The notes beneath the pieces were generated by a model, which saw only the letters and a program-made list of their open reading frames with translations, was not told where the DNA came from and searched no databases. A stretch of 64,000 bases of DNA from an uncultured Candidatus Entotheonella sp. (GTDB lineage: Bacteria; Tectomicrobia; Entotheonellia; Entotheonellales; Entotheonellaceae). The DNA lies in contig OZ244252.1 in assembly GCA_965217185.1 (NCBI GenBank), positions 320,001 to 384,000 on the forward strand. Reading direction: 5' to 3'. Of this stretch, positions 8,683 to 18,681 are shown one piece after another. The stretch's first letter is position 1; each line of letters starts with the position of its first letter. Both the position numbers and the translations under genes were made by a program.

Positions 8683-9585
8683 ATGCGATTGGAAGGTAAG
8701 GTCGCCGTGGTCACGGGCGGTGGCAACGGCATCGGGCGTGAGATCAGCAAGCTGATGGGCGCCGAGGGCGCCAAAGTGGTCGTGAACGACCTGGGAACGG
8801 CTGTTGACGGGGCAGGCGAATCGAGTTCCGCGGCCGATCAGACCGTGCAGATGATCAAGGACGCCGGCGGCGAGGCGGCGCCGAATTACGAGAGCGTGGC
8901 GACCCCGGAGGGCGGCCAGAACATCATTCAGACCGCGGTGGATACGTACGGCAAGCTGGATATTCTGGTGCACGTGGCCGGCATTCTGCGCGACCGCATG
9001 ATTTTCAACATGTCCATCGAAGAGTGGGACGCGGTGATCAACGTGCACTTACGCGGCGCCTACTGCGTCAACAAGCCCGCTTGCGTGCTGATGCGGCAGC
9101 AGAAGAGTGGCTGCATCATCAACTTCTCGTCGATCTCTGGCGCCGGCAACTCTGGGCAGGCCAACTACGCGGCAGCCAAGGCCGGCATTTTGGGACTGAC
9201 GCGGACCGTCGCGCGTGACATGGCAAAATACGGCGTGCGGGCCAATGCCATCTGGCCGGGTGCGGACACCCGCATGACCGCCACGGTTCCCGAGGCGGCA
9301 CGCCAGATCCGCGCCGAACGCGGTATCGGGCAGGTCATCGCGGCCACCGCCGAGCGCCGGCCGGAGAACGTCGCTGCGGTGGTGGCTTACTTGGCCAGCG
9401 ATGCGGCGGCAGACATTACGGGCTGGACGGTTGGCATTTCGGGTGACCGGCTGTCCCTGATCGAAGACCCGCGTCCGGTGAAAACGGTCTTCTGCCCCGG
9501 CGGCTGGACGCTCGACAAGGTTATTGAGTTGTGGCCCGGCTCTTTCGGGCTCGACCTGCGCCACCTGCAGCGCGCCGGTCAATAA
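8683..9585 (+). CDS. SDR-family oxidoreductase (copy 2)
   Basis: Same motifs; near-identical to copy 1 over the first ~205 aa. Confidence 0.93.
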   Translation: MRLEGKVAVVTGGGNGIGREISKLMGAEGAKVVVNDLGTAVDGAGESSSAADQTVQMIKDAGGEAAPNYESVATPEGGQNIIQTAVDTYGKLDILVHVAGILRDRMIFNMSIEEWDAVINVHLRGAYCVNKPACVLMRQQKSGCIINFSSISGAGNSGQANYAAAKAGILGLTRTVARDMAKYGVRANAIWPGADTRMTATVPEAARQIRAERGIGQVIAATAERRPENVAAVVAYLASDAAADITGWTVGISGDRLSLIEDPRPVKTVFCPGGWTLDKVIELWPGSFGLDLRHLQRAGQ

Positions 9586-9687
9586 CCCCATAGGCACCGC
9601 GCCCGCCACTTGCGGCGTGTGGTGCCTTCCCTCCGCCTCAGAATACTTTGTCCGGGTGTCTCCCTCCGGTCAGGAGAAGTAAGGCCC

Positions 9688-10353
9688 GTGATTCTCGACA
9701 TGCACGTGCATACCGCGGCCTCCGATGACAGCACCGCCACGATCGAAGGCTATATCGAACTAATTCAAGCCTACCGCCAATTTCATCCCTTTGACGGCTT
9801 TGTCCTCACCGAGCACCGAACCTACACCTCCGGATTGAACCTGCAGCATTACTGGGACACCCACGGCGTCCGCATTTTCCAGGGCATCGAGATGGACACC
9901 AACCTGGGCCATCTGCTGGTCTACGGTGTCAACGAACGAGTTCTGGAACGTTTCGACGTGACCAAGCGCATGCACGACGGCCGGCGCATCATCCCGCAGT
10001 TGGCCAGCCTCGGCGCTTTCGCTGCGCCGTCTCACCCGTTTCGGGAATCAGTGTTCGGACCCATCATGGAGCGTGACCCGGAGGAAATCGCGGGCATGCA
10101 CACCATCGAGGCGCATAACGGCCAGAATCGCCCGGAGCAGAACAACCGCGCCGCGGACCTGTGCGAGCGCTACGGCCTGCGCGCCCTGTGCGGCAGCGAC
10201 GCGCATTACGTCAGCCCCCTGTGGTTCCTCACGTGCGCCACGGACTTTGAGGACAGCACCACCTCGGAGGCGGAACTGGTGGAGGCGCTGCACGACGGTG
10301 CGTATCGCCCGATGTGTCTGCCGCGGATGGATGCCGTGAGCGGTGAAAAGTAG
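9688..10353 (+). CDS. PHP-domain metal-dependent phosphoesterase
   Basis: DMHVHT, LTEH, GHLL, SHPFR, GSDAH; start moved to GTG 9688. Confidence 0.88.
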   Translation: MILDMHVHTAASDDSTATIEGYIELIQAYRQFHPFDGFVLTEHRTYTSGLNLQHYWDTHGVRIFQGIEMDTNLGHLLVYGVNERVLERFDVTKRMHDGRRIIPQLASLGAFAAPSHPFRESVFGPIMERDPEEIAGMHTIEAHNGQNRPEQNNRAADLCERYGLRALCGSDAHYVSPLWFLTCATDFEDSTTSEAELVEALHDGAYRPMCLPRMDAVSGEK

Positions 10354-10380
10354 GTCGGATTCGCACCGCGGCCTCCGACA
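10350..10380 (+). repeat. GTAG-type REP-like palindrome (degenerate)
   Basis: GTAGGTCGGA..TCCGACA, 31 bp, related to 11517 and 57635. Confidence 0.6.
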
Positions 10381-10412
10381 TGCCACTGTCCACTCGCCAG
10401 AGGAGTTCCGAT

Positions 10413-11498
10413 ATGCCAGCGAGCCCGCTGTTCAATCAGCATCTCGAACAACAAGCCTGCTTCACAACCGTCAACGACTGGCAACTGCCCCTGCACTATG
10501 GCGACCCGAAGGCCGAATACCGGGCACTGCGGCACGGTTTCGGGCTGATCGATCTGTCGAACCGGGGCCTGATCCGCGTTGAGGGTCGGGATCGGCAACG
10601 CTTCCTGAACGCTATGCTGTCCAATAACACCGGCGACCTGGAGCCGGGGCAGGGATGTTACGCCACGTTTCTGAACCCCAAGGGGCACATGGTGACGGAC
10701 TTGGTGGTGTACGCCGAAGAGGCGTCATATCTCCTGGAAGTCGAGCCTCACATCGTGACGACCTTCTTAGAGGCCATCGACTTTTTCGTCATTTCCGAAG
10801 ACGTCACGTTTACGGTCGAAACCGAACAATGGGCCGCTATCGGTGTGCAAGGTCCCGAAGCCACTGATGTGCTGATCGCCGTGAGCGGCCAGGAATCGCT
10901 GCGGGACTTGGCGCCGTACGGCAGCCAGTCGTGCCGGGTTGCGGATCATGACGTATGGATCGCGCGGCGCAGCTATACCCGGGAGTCGGGCTATCTGCTG
11001 CTCGCTGCCCCCGCGGCTGCGGAGACCGTCTGGACGACGGTCCGGCAGCAGGGCGAGGCGTTCGAGGGGTGCGCGGTCGGCCTGGAGGCGCTGGACACCC
11101 TGCGCATTGAGTCGGGCACGCCGCGTTTCGGTGTGGACATGACGGAGGCGACGATCCCGATCGAGGCCAACCTGCAAGACGCGATCAGCTACACCAAAGG
11201 CTGTTACATCGGGCAGGAGGTCATCGCGCGGATCGACGCACGCGGTCACGTCAATCGCCAGCTTGTCGGCCTGCTGCTCGGCGACGCCGGATTGCCCGAG
11301 GCAGGGGCCAAGATTTTTTCCCCGGAGCGGGAAATCGGTTGGATTACCAGCGCGACGCAATCGCCGGCCATGCAGCAGACGATAGCCTTGGGCTACGTGC
11401 GCCGAGAGGCGTTGGAGCCGGGCACGGCTTTGCAGGTGCGGACGGATGCCGGCGAGATTCCGGCGACGGTGAGCACTTTGCCGTTCGGAGAAGGTTGA
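10413..11498 (+). CDS. GcvT/YgfZ-family folate-binding protein
   Basis: KGCYIGQE motif, DLSNRG, LRIESG; start at ATG 10413. Confidence 0.88.
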   Translation: MPASPLFNQHLEQQACFTTVNDWQLPLHYGDPKAEYRALRHGFGLIDLSNRGLIRVEGRDRQRFLNAMLSNNTGDLEPGQGCYATFLNPKGHMVTDLVVYAEEASYLLEVEPHIVTTFLEAIDFFVISEDVTFTVETEQWAAIGVQGPEATDVLIAVSGQESLRDLAPYGSQSCRVADHDVWIARRSYTRESGYLLLAAPAAAETVWTTVRQQGEAFEGCAVGLEALDTLRIESGTPRFGVDMTEATIPIEANLQDAISYTKGCYIGQEVIARIDARGHVNRQLVGLLLGDAGLPEAGAKIFSPEREIGWITSATQSPAMQQTIALGYVRREALEPGTALQVRTDAGEIPATVSTLPFGEG

Positions 11499-11516
11499 GT
11501 GGTTCCGTACCTACCC

Positions 11517-11547
11517 TGTCGGATTACGCTGCGCTGATCCGACCTAC
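11517..11547 (-). repeat. GTAG-type REP-like palindrome
   Basis: Reverse complement GTAGGTCGGATCAGCGCAGCGTAATCCGACA. Confidence 0.75.
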
Positions 11548-11580
11548 AAATTACGTTGACCAGCCCTGTGGAGATGAGCG

Positions 11581-13710
11581 ATGAGCTACGATCAAGCCGC
11601 GGTACGAGCAGTTCTCGATCAGGTACGGGCGGATGGACGCAGCGCCCTGACGGCCTCGGAAGGGAAACGGATTTGCGAGGCGTACGGCATCGCCACGCCT
11701 CAGGAAGGCTTGGCTGCTTCGGCTGACGAGGCGATGGAACTGGCGCGGCAGATCGGCTTTCCCGTGGTGCTCAAAATTGCCTCCTCAGACATTCTCCACA
11801 AGACGGACGCCGGCGGCGTTCTCACCGGGCTCAATTCGGCTTCCGAGGTCGAGCAGGGCTACGCAGCGATCATGGCGAACGCTGCCGCGCATCAGCCCGG
11901 CGCGGCGATTGACGGCGTGCAGGTGCAGCGGATGCTGGGCGCTGCCCACGAGGTGATCGTCGGTGCCGTCACGGATCCCAGTTTCGGCAAGCTGGTCGCC
12001 TTCGGTATGGGCGGCGTGATGGTCGAGGTGATGCAGGACGTGGCCTTCCGCTTGGCGCCGGCGTCGCACGAGGAAGCTGTTGGCATGCTCGACGACATCG
12101 CCGCCGCCGCCGTGCTGCGCGGCATACGGGGCGCTGCGGGGGTGAACCGCGACGCTCTCGGTACGGTCATCGAAAATGTTTCACAGTTGGTGCACGATTT
12201 CTCTGAGATCAACGAGATGGACCTCAACCCCGTGTTCGCCGACAGCGCCGGCGCCACGGCTGTTGACGTGCGTATTCTGGTGGACTTTGACGCTGCCGTA
12301 GCGCCGCCTCGTCCGTCCCCGGACGACATCCTACGTGCCATGCGCCGTATCATGCAGCCCGAGGCGGTGGCGGTGATCGGGGCGTCGCCGGACGATGGGA
12401 AGATCGGCAACTCGGTGATGAAGAACCTTATCAACGGCGGCTACGAGGGCCGGATTTACCCGATTCATCCGCGCGCTGAGGAAATTCTGGGGCGCAGGTG
12501 TTATCCGCGTGTCGCCGACGTGCCCTCAGAGATCGACATCGCCATCTTCTGCATCCCGGCGCGCTTCGTGGCCGGCGTGCTGGCGGAAGTGGGGGAGAAG
12601 GGCATCACCGGGGCGATTCTGATTCCCTCCGGGTTCGCCGAGGTGGGTGAGGACGCCTTGCAGCAGGAGGTCGTCAGGGTGGCGCGGGAGCACAACGTGC
12701 GCCTCATGGGGCCGAACATTTACGGCTTCTACTACACCCACAAAAACCTGTGCGCCACCTTCTGCACGCCGTACGACGAGAAGGGCGCCGTGGCCCTATC
12801 CTCGCAGAGCGGCGGCGTCGGCATGGCGATCATCGGCTTCAGCCGGTCGGCGAAGATGGGCGTGTCGGCGATTGTCGGGCTGGGAAACAAGGCGGATATC
12901 GACGAGGATGACCTACTGACATTTTTCGAGCAGGATCCGAACACGCAGGTCGTGGCCATGCACGTCGAGGACCTGAAGGACGGGCGGGCGTTTGCCGAGG
13001 TCGCCCAACGGGTGTCCAAGCACAAGCCGGTGGTGATGCTGAAGGCCGGCCGCACGGCGATGGGGGCGCGGGCGGCAAGATCGCACACCGGCGCCCTGGC
13101 GGGGAACGACGCCATTTACGACGCGGTGCTGCGGCAAAGCGGCGTCATTCGCGCCCGCAACCTCAACGACATGCTGGAGTTTGCCCGCGGGCTGCAAATC
13201 CTGCCGACGCCGCAGGGCGAGAACGTCGTCATCGTCACCGGCGCCGGCGGCTCCGGCGTGCTGCTCTCCGATGCCTGCGTGGACCACGGCCTCAACCTGA
13301 TGGCCATGCCGTCCGACCTCGACGCCGCCTTCAAGGCGTTCATCCCGCCGTTCGGCGCTTCCGGCAATCCCATCGACATCACCGGCGGCGAACCCCCCTC
13401 CACCTATCGCAACACCATCAAGCTCGCCCTCGACGACGCCCGCATTCACGCCCTCATCCTCGGCTATTGGCATACCATCATCACGCCGCCCATGGTGTTC
13501 GCCACCCTCCTGCAAGAGGTCGTGACGGAGGCCAGGGAGCGTGGCATCCACAAGCCCGTCGTGGCCTCCTTGGTTGGCGACGTCGAGGTCGAAGACGCCT
13601 GCCGCTATCTCGTCGATCACAACATCCTGGCTTACCCGTACGCCACCGAAAAACCCGTTGCCGTCCTGGGCGCCAAGTATCGCTGGGCGCGGATTGCAGG
13701 GCTGTTGTAG
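11581..13710 (+). CDS. ADP-forming acetate/acyl-CoA ligase, ATP-grasp domain N-terminal to the CoA-binding domain
   Basis: LHKTDAGGV, EMDLNPV, VIGAS..GKIG, GPN, SQSGG, SHTGALAG, NPIDITG. Confidence 0.9.
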   Translation: MSYDQAAVRAVLDQVRADGRSALTASEGKRICEAYGIATPQEGLAASADEAMELARQIGFPVVLKIASSDILHKTDAGGVLTGLNSASEVEQGYAAIMANAAAHQPGAAIDGVQVQRMLGAAHEVIVGAVTDPSFGKLVAFGMGGVMVEVMQDVAFRLAPASHEEAVGMLDDIAAAAVLRGIRGAAGVNRDALGTVIENVSQLVHDFSEINEMDLNPVFADSAGATAVDVRILVDFDAAVAPPRPSPDDILRAMRRIMQPEAVAVIGASPDDGKIGNSVMKNLINGGYEGRIYPIHPRAEEILGRRCYPRVADVPSEIDIAIFCIPARFVAGVLAEVGEKGITGAILIPSGFAEVGEDALQQEVVRVAREHNVRLMGPNIYGFYYTHKNLCATFCTPYDEKGAVALSSQSGGVGMAIIGFSRSAKMGVSAIVGLGNKADIDEDDLLTFFEQDPNTQVVAMHVEDLKDGRAFAEVAQRVSKHKPVVMLKAGRTAMGARAARSHTGALAGNDAIYDAVLRQSGVIRARNLNDMLEFARGLQILPTPQGENVVIVTGAGGSGVLLSDACVDHGLNLMAMPSDLDAAFKAFIPPFGASGNPIDITGGEPPSTYRNTIKLALDDARIHALILGYWHTIITPPMVFATLLQEVVTEARERGIHKPVVASLVGDVEVEDACRYLVDHNILAYPYATEKPVAVLGAKYRWARIAGLL

Positions 13711-13726
13711 GCGTCGTCGCTGCTCG

Positions 13727-14047
13727 ATGGAATCTTTCCGAGACATCCATAGTCGTCCGATTCGGCTGACGGAAGAACGGCAGCAGCATCTCCTGGCAGC
13801 CCACCCGGAAATGGCAGACACCGTTTTTCGTATTGTTGAGACACTTGCCAGCCCCGACAAGATTGTGCGGTCAGTGACAGACGAGACCGTTGAGTTGTTC
13901 TACAGGTATTACCCAGACGCGCCCATTACAAGTAAGTTTCTGTGCATCGTTGTCAAAGTCGTGACGGATGATAATTTCATTATTACGGCATACTATACGG
14001 ACACGATTAAGCGAGGAGAGAGGCTGTGGCAGAGGCAGAAACCATAA
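13727..14047 (+). CDS. Putative BECR-fold (PBECR2/DUF4258-like) RNase toxin
   Basis: IRLTEERQQH...HPE...TL..PD...FIITAY; coupled to the downstream DUF2283-like gene. Confidence 0.6.
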   Translation: MESFRDIHSRPIRLTEERQQHLLAAHPEMADTVFRIVETLASPDKIVRSVTDETVELFYRYYPDAPITSKFLCIVVKVVTDDNFIITAYYTDTIKRGERLWQRQKP

Positions 14048-14241
14048 GCGTATGGTATGACGAGGCGGGAGATTATCTCGAGGTTCTGTTCGCCCACAAA
14101 AAGGGGTATTTCCGTGAGACGGGCAACGATGCGGTGATGGAAAAAGTCGATGAATCGGGGCGGGTCATTGGTTTTTCGATCCTGAAGGTGCGGGAACTCA
14201 GAGGTGAACCGCCTCTCGCCGTCACGCTCAAGAGTGGCTGA
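14026..14241 (+). CDS. DUF2283-like antitoxin
   Basis: WYDEAGDYLEV and D..GRVIGFSIL. Confidence 0.7.
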   Translation: MAEAETISVWYDEAGDYLEVLFAHKKGYFRETGNDAVMEKVDESGRVIGFSILKVRELRGEPPLAVTLKSG

Positions 14242-14327
14242 CAGTTCGCTAATTTCCCCAACCTTCGGCCTCCGTGTGCCATTTGGCGTGATTTACAGTT
14301 CGCATTTTCGTTGTACTTGGAGGCATC

Positions 14328-15290
14328 ATGGCGCGCCCACGTATCTTCATCAGTTCGACGTTCTACGACCTCAGGCAAGTCCGCTACGATATTGAGCGGT
14401 CGATTCGGGAGTTAGGGTACGAACCGGTCCGACACGAGACCGGCGCGATTCCCTAATCAAAGGACGAACCTTTAGAGTCTGGTGCGTACCGGGAAATTGA
14501 ACTGAGCGATGTCATCGTGTTCATCACAGGGGGCAGATTTGGTACCCACTCTGAGGAAGAGCCTGGCTACTCGATCTCCCAAGTCGAATTAAAACGTGCA
14601 TTGGAGGGCGGGATTCAAGTTTTTATCTTTGCAGAAAGCGCTGTTCTCAACGAGTACAACACATACAAGCTGAACAAGGAATCAATGGAGATCAGGTACT
14701 CCTCTGTCAACGACACCAGGGTATTTGAATTCCTGGAAGAACTTTACTCGCTGCCCAGCAACAACCCGATCACTCCATTCGAAGTGGCCAGTGACATTAC
14801 CAATTTCCTCAAGGAACAGTTCGCGGGGTTGTTTCACAGGTTCCTGCAAGAACAGAAACGCCTGAAAGAGGTACGTGTGCTGGACGAGATGAATTCCATT
14901 GCCAAGACCCTCAAGGAGTTGGTTGGGTTTCTGACAGACGAACGTAAGGACAGTAACGAGGCCATCAAGGGCATCTTACTCGCTAATCATCCGGCATTTC
15001 GCCGATTGGGCGAACTAACCAAAACACCGTATCGGGTGTTTTTCGCTACAAGGCAGGAGATGGGGGCGTGGCTTAAGGCCAGAAGCTGGGCACAGGTTCC
15101 AGGAGGTCAATTGGACCCAGAAAGTATTGAGGAATGGATGAAAAGCCCGGGGAGTCCATATCTGAGATTCACCAAAGATATCTTTGACGAGGACAATAGA
15201 TTACTACCCTTCAAAGCAGATGACTGGAACGATGAATGGATTCATCTGGTCTCGCAGCCACCTTCTGAGGATGATGACGTGCCGTTTTAG
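14328..15290 (+). pseudogene. DUF4062-domain protein with a premature stop
   Basis: MARPRIFISSTFYDLRQVR...GAIP*SKDEPLE...ITGGRFG; in-frame TAA at 14454-14456. Confidence 0.8.
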
Positions 15291-15441
15291 AGCCTTCCTG
15301 AGCCTTATCAAATTACGAAGATCTCAGCCTACATGTAGTAGAAACTTTCCAACTTCAGATGTAGGTTATCCAGATCCGAAATTACTCTGCGTACGTGATG
15401 AAGCGGCTCAACGAGATCATAAATCCCCTGACCAAAACTTA

Positions 15442-15641
15442 GAGTCTGGCCCGAAATAAGGCATTGTTTTTCATAGCCCTACCAATCCAATGACGAAGAG
15501 ATCTGCACTGGTGATGAAGAAGCCATGTTTGAAAGATATCAACGGTCGCCTCGATGTCCTTTGCAGTTCGCCAGTAGCGGCTTGGTCATGCCAGCGAATC
15601 ACAACCTACCGAAATCGCTCAACTTATTTTGGGCCGGACTC
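15442..15641. mobile_element. 200-bp MITE or IS5-like remnant
   Basis: 19-bp IRs GAGTC(T/C)GGCCC(G/A)AAATAAG flanked by TTA on both sides. Confidence 0.65.
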
Positions 15642-15645
15642 TTAG

Positions 15646-17117
15646 CTCGACTTTGTACGAATTTGGTCAAGTCAGTGCGTGTAACAGGCCGATTGCATCA
15701 AGCCCTGCAGATAGACCCGAGGGATTTCTACCCACTCGGTATCGGGCGTTGATGTTGAAAAATACTCGACCTTCCACAGGTGCTGCCGTACCGCTGCCAA
15801 AGCGTCGCTGAACGTCGCCTGCTCCTTGGCATACCAAGCACTCTGTCGCACCGCCAAGCGACCGTCCAGATACAGGCCATGAGCCAGCAGCGCCACCAGC
15901 GAATACAAGCTCAGCAGACACGGCGTGGTCCGTTCAATCGCCAAGTCAGACCATTGACGCTGGGTCTCAAAGCCCAAGTGGGCACGGCTCTCTTCGAAGG
16001 TCGTCTCAATGCTCCAGCGCTTGATGAAACACGCCACGACATCGCCTGCTTGGTCGCTGGGACACGTCGAGAAGAAGGCCCGTGGTGGGCACTGAGCGTC
16101 ACAGGGACGTACCAGGACCCACCGCAGCGGCAGCACTGGCTGGCCGCTGCGGTACCATAGTGCCGTGCCGCTACTGACCTGCAACCGTCGCACGCGGCCA
16201 TCGTACCAGCGCACACGCAGGCATTGCCAAGGAGTCGCCGCGTCGTGCAGGCGCTCGGCCAAACTGGGCAGCCGCTTGCCCTTGTGACGGGGGCGTCCCC
16301 GCGTGCCCGGCTGGCGAGGCGGCGGCGCTTCGTGAAGCACCGCATCGAGGCGCAAGGGGGCAATCAGGCGCACCTCACACTGCCGGCAGGCATGCCCGAG
16401 CTCGACGACACTGTAGGATTGATCCCCGAGCACGGTGATGGCGACTTGCGGCAACCAACGGCGCACCACCCGAATCATCTGGCGTGCCCACTGGGCGACG
16501 GTCTTGTGTCTCAGCCCCAGGCGCTCACTGACTTGTGGCGTTGGCGCCGGCACGCTCAAGATAGGTAAAGCCCAACAACGGTTGTTCCAGGGTGGCGTGA
16601 CAACCAGGGTCAGCACGATCCAGCGAAGGCCACTGGTGCTGACGATGCGCTTGCGGCTGGAAGCCAGCGGGTCGCGGTAATGACCGCGCTTGCTGATACG
16701 TCGGCCCCAGCGCCTCTCCAGAGTTTCGTCAATGACGAACGTGAGGCTGCCGCCAGCGGCATCGAAGGTCTGCACCAGCATGGATAGCAGACAGCGACTG
16801 CCTTTGAGAGCGGACCAGCGGGCACGGTTGAACACCTGATGGTAGAGACTGAACGACGGCGTGTCGTCCTGTCCGGTGTGTCTCAGGGCTGCCGTCACGG
16901 TGCGTCGTCCGTGGGCCAGCAAAGTTCCGATGAAAAGGCGTTGGACTTTGCGCCAAGTGGGTGCGCTGAAGAGACTTTGAAAGGGCGCCAGCACGGTGCT
17001 ACTGTTTGCTGAAGGGGACATCGCTGACCTCGCTGCAAGATGGTTTGGGTGGAAACTGCCATCCTACAACACAGGGGTGATGTCCCTGGATACTTCCTCA
17101 TTTTGTACAAAGTCGAG
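15646..17117 (-). mobile_element. IS701-like element
   Basis: IRs CTCGACTTTGTAC at both ends; flanks TTAG and CTAA are not a direct repeat. Confidence 0.8.
15672..17021 (-). CDS. IS701-like DDE transposase
   Basis: VIDETLERRWG, LGDQSY, RWSIETTFEE.RAHLG. Confidence 0.85.
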   Translation of the reverse strand: MSPSANSSTVLAPFQSLFSAPTWRKVQRLFIGTLLAHGRRTVTAALRHTGQDDTPSFSLYHQVFNRARWSALKGSRCLLSMLVQTFDAAGGSLTFVIDETLERRWGRRISKRGHYRDPLASSRKRIVSTSGLRWIVLTLVVTPPWNNRCWALPILSVPAPTPQVSERLGLRHKTVAQWARQMIRVVRRWLPQVAITVLGDQSYSVVELGHACRQCEVRLIAPLRLDAVLHEAPPPRQPGTRGRPRHKGKRLPSLAERLHDAATPWQCLRVRWYDGRVRRLQVSSGTALWYRSGQPVLPLRWVLVRPCDAQCPPRAFFSTCPSDQAGDVVACFIKRWSIETTFEESRAHLGFETQRQWSDLAIERTTPCLLSLYSLVALLAHGLYLDGRLAVRQSAWYAKEQATFSDALAAVRQHLWKVEYFSTSTPDTEWVEIPRVYLQGLMQSACYTH

Positions 17118-17247
17118 CTAAGAATCCGCCTGAAATCAGGACCTGACGGCTTTGGATGGTTTTGACCAGGGGTGAAAGCAGGAGTGGGAACGGCTAGAGT
17201 CTGGACTGGCAGGATAAATCTGGAAACATTCTGGGAAAGAAGGTGTC

Positions 17248-18273
17248 ATGGATTTGCTGGGTTCGTTGACGAACGCCGGAAACGTCACGTTGTTTGTTGT
17301 CATCATTCTTGGCTTCATCACGCTTAAACGGGCGGTATATATTGTGCCGCAGTCGAGGAACTACGTTGTCGAGCGTTTTGGGCGTTTTAATCAGGTGTTG
17401 AAGCCGGGACTCAACGTGATTGTGCCGTTTCTGGACCGGGTTGCCTACCGAATATCGGTTTTGGAGCGGCAGACGGAACCGTCGGGTGTCAGTGTGTTTT
17501 CGGAAGATAACGTCGAGGTCGACATCATGACGGTGGTTTACTGGCGTGTGGTTGATCCGGAGCTGTCCGTTTACCGCATCGAGGACGTGAGCGGGGCGAT
17601 TCAGGTGGCGACTGGCTCGATCGTTCGCAATATTGGCGCTGGGCTTGAGCTTGACAAGTTGCAGGGTAGCCGCGAAGAGGTCAATAGCAGGATGCAGACG
17701 GCGTTGGGGGCGACGTCGGAAAACTGGGGTGTCGAGATTACGCGTACCGAGATTGTTGACATCGTTCTTGATGAGAGAACCAAGGAAGCCCAGCGCCAGC
17801 AGGTAGAAGCCGAACGCGCCCGGCGCGCGCAAGTGACGAGCGCTGAGGGTATGGCGTCAGCGGTACAGTTGCAGGCCGACTCGGTACTTTACCGTTCGAA
17901 GCAGGAATCCGAGGCCGTGGTCGTGGCGGCTGAGGCACGGGGAAAAGAAATCGAGTTGGTAGCGACTGCTCGGGCCAAGGAGATCACCCTGGTGGCCGAG
18001 GCCCAGGCGAAGGAGATCGAGCTGGTTGGCTCGGCGATTGCGACTCACGGCGAGGTGGCCGCCTTGTTCGAGCTGGGCAAGCGTCAAGTGTCGGCAATGG
18101 AGCAGTTGGCGGCGAGCAAGAACGCCAAGACGTTGGTGTTGCCGACGGATGCTACGAAGCTGCTAGGTGGCTTGGCGGCGGTGACTGAGGGTTTGCAGTT
18201 TGGGATATTTAACGGGAAGGCTGGAAGAGTTGTGGACGGGGCACAAGAAAGTAAGGAGGAGGCTGGTGGATGA
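17248..18273 (+). CDS. SPFH/band 7 (QmcA-like) protein
   Basis: VVERFGRF..L.PGL..VPFLDR, WGVEITRTEI, AERARRA coiled coil. Confidence 0.88.
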   Translation: MDLLGSLTNAGNVTLFVVIILGFITLKRAVYIVPQSRNYVVERFGRFNQVLKPGLNVIVPFLDRVAYRISVLERQTEPSGVSVFSEDNVEVDIMTVVYWRVVDPELSVYRIEDVSGAIQVATGSIVRNIGAGLELDKLQGSREEVNSRMQTALGATSENWGVEITRTEIVDIVLDERTKEAQRQQVEAERARRAQVTSAEGMASAVQLQADSVLYRSKQESEAVVVAAEARGKEIELVATARAKEITLVAEAQAKEIELVGSAIATHGEVAALFELGKRQVSAMEQLAASKNAKTLVLPTDATKLLGGLAAVTEGLQFGIFNGKAGRVVDGAQESKEEAGG

Positions 18274-18677
18274 GCGAGGAGCTTTTTCGCGAATGGTTGC
18301 TGAATCCGTTGTTGTGGGTATCGGTGGCGACGCTGGTCCTGATTCTTGAGCTTTTTGTAGTGAGCGGCGTCAGTTTGGCGATTGGTTTGGCTGGCGTCTT
18401 GGCCGGTGGCAGCCTGTTCGTGTTTGAGCTGCAGATGGGAGAAGTGCCGCTGACGACTGCTGGGCGTTTGATTTTGGTGATAGGTGCGGTCTGGAGCGTT
18501 TTTTCCTTGGCTATGATCGGGATGTTGAGACGCTGGATGCGGCGAAAGGATGGGCCCCCGGACCCGAACGAGAACTTGCGTGGTCTGGGTGTCGAGACTG
18601 GCGAGGTGAAGACCGCTGAGGTCGAGGTTCCGGTTTATGAGGACGTTTTGAAGAACTATAAATCACGTCTTGAATAG
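18270..18677 (+). CDS. NfeD/YbbJ-like membrane protein
   Basis: Hydrophobic W..A.LVLILEL N-terminus; ATGA overlap with the SPFH gene. Confidence 0.6.
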   Translation: MSEELFREWLLNPLLWVSVATLVLILELFVVSGVSLAIGLAGVLAGGSLFVFELQMGEVPLTTAGRLILVIGAVWSVFSLAMIGMLRRWMRRKDGPPDPNENLRGLGVETGEVKTAEVEVPVYEDVLKNYKSRLE

Positions 18678-18681
18678 AGAC

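Noticed and set aside
7751..9585. SDR or amidohydrolase duplicates as DGR template and variable repeats
   Set aside because: No reverse transcriptase, differences are not adenine-specific, and both copies are full genes
14454..14456. Stop-codon readthrough (Sec/Pyl) in the DUF4062 gene
   Set aside because: The codon is TAA, and genes in the window use all three stops normally
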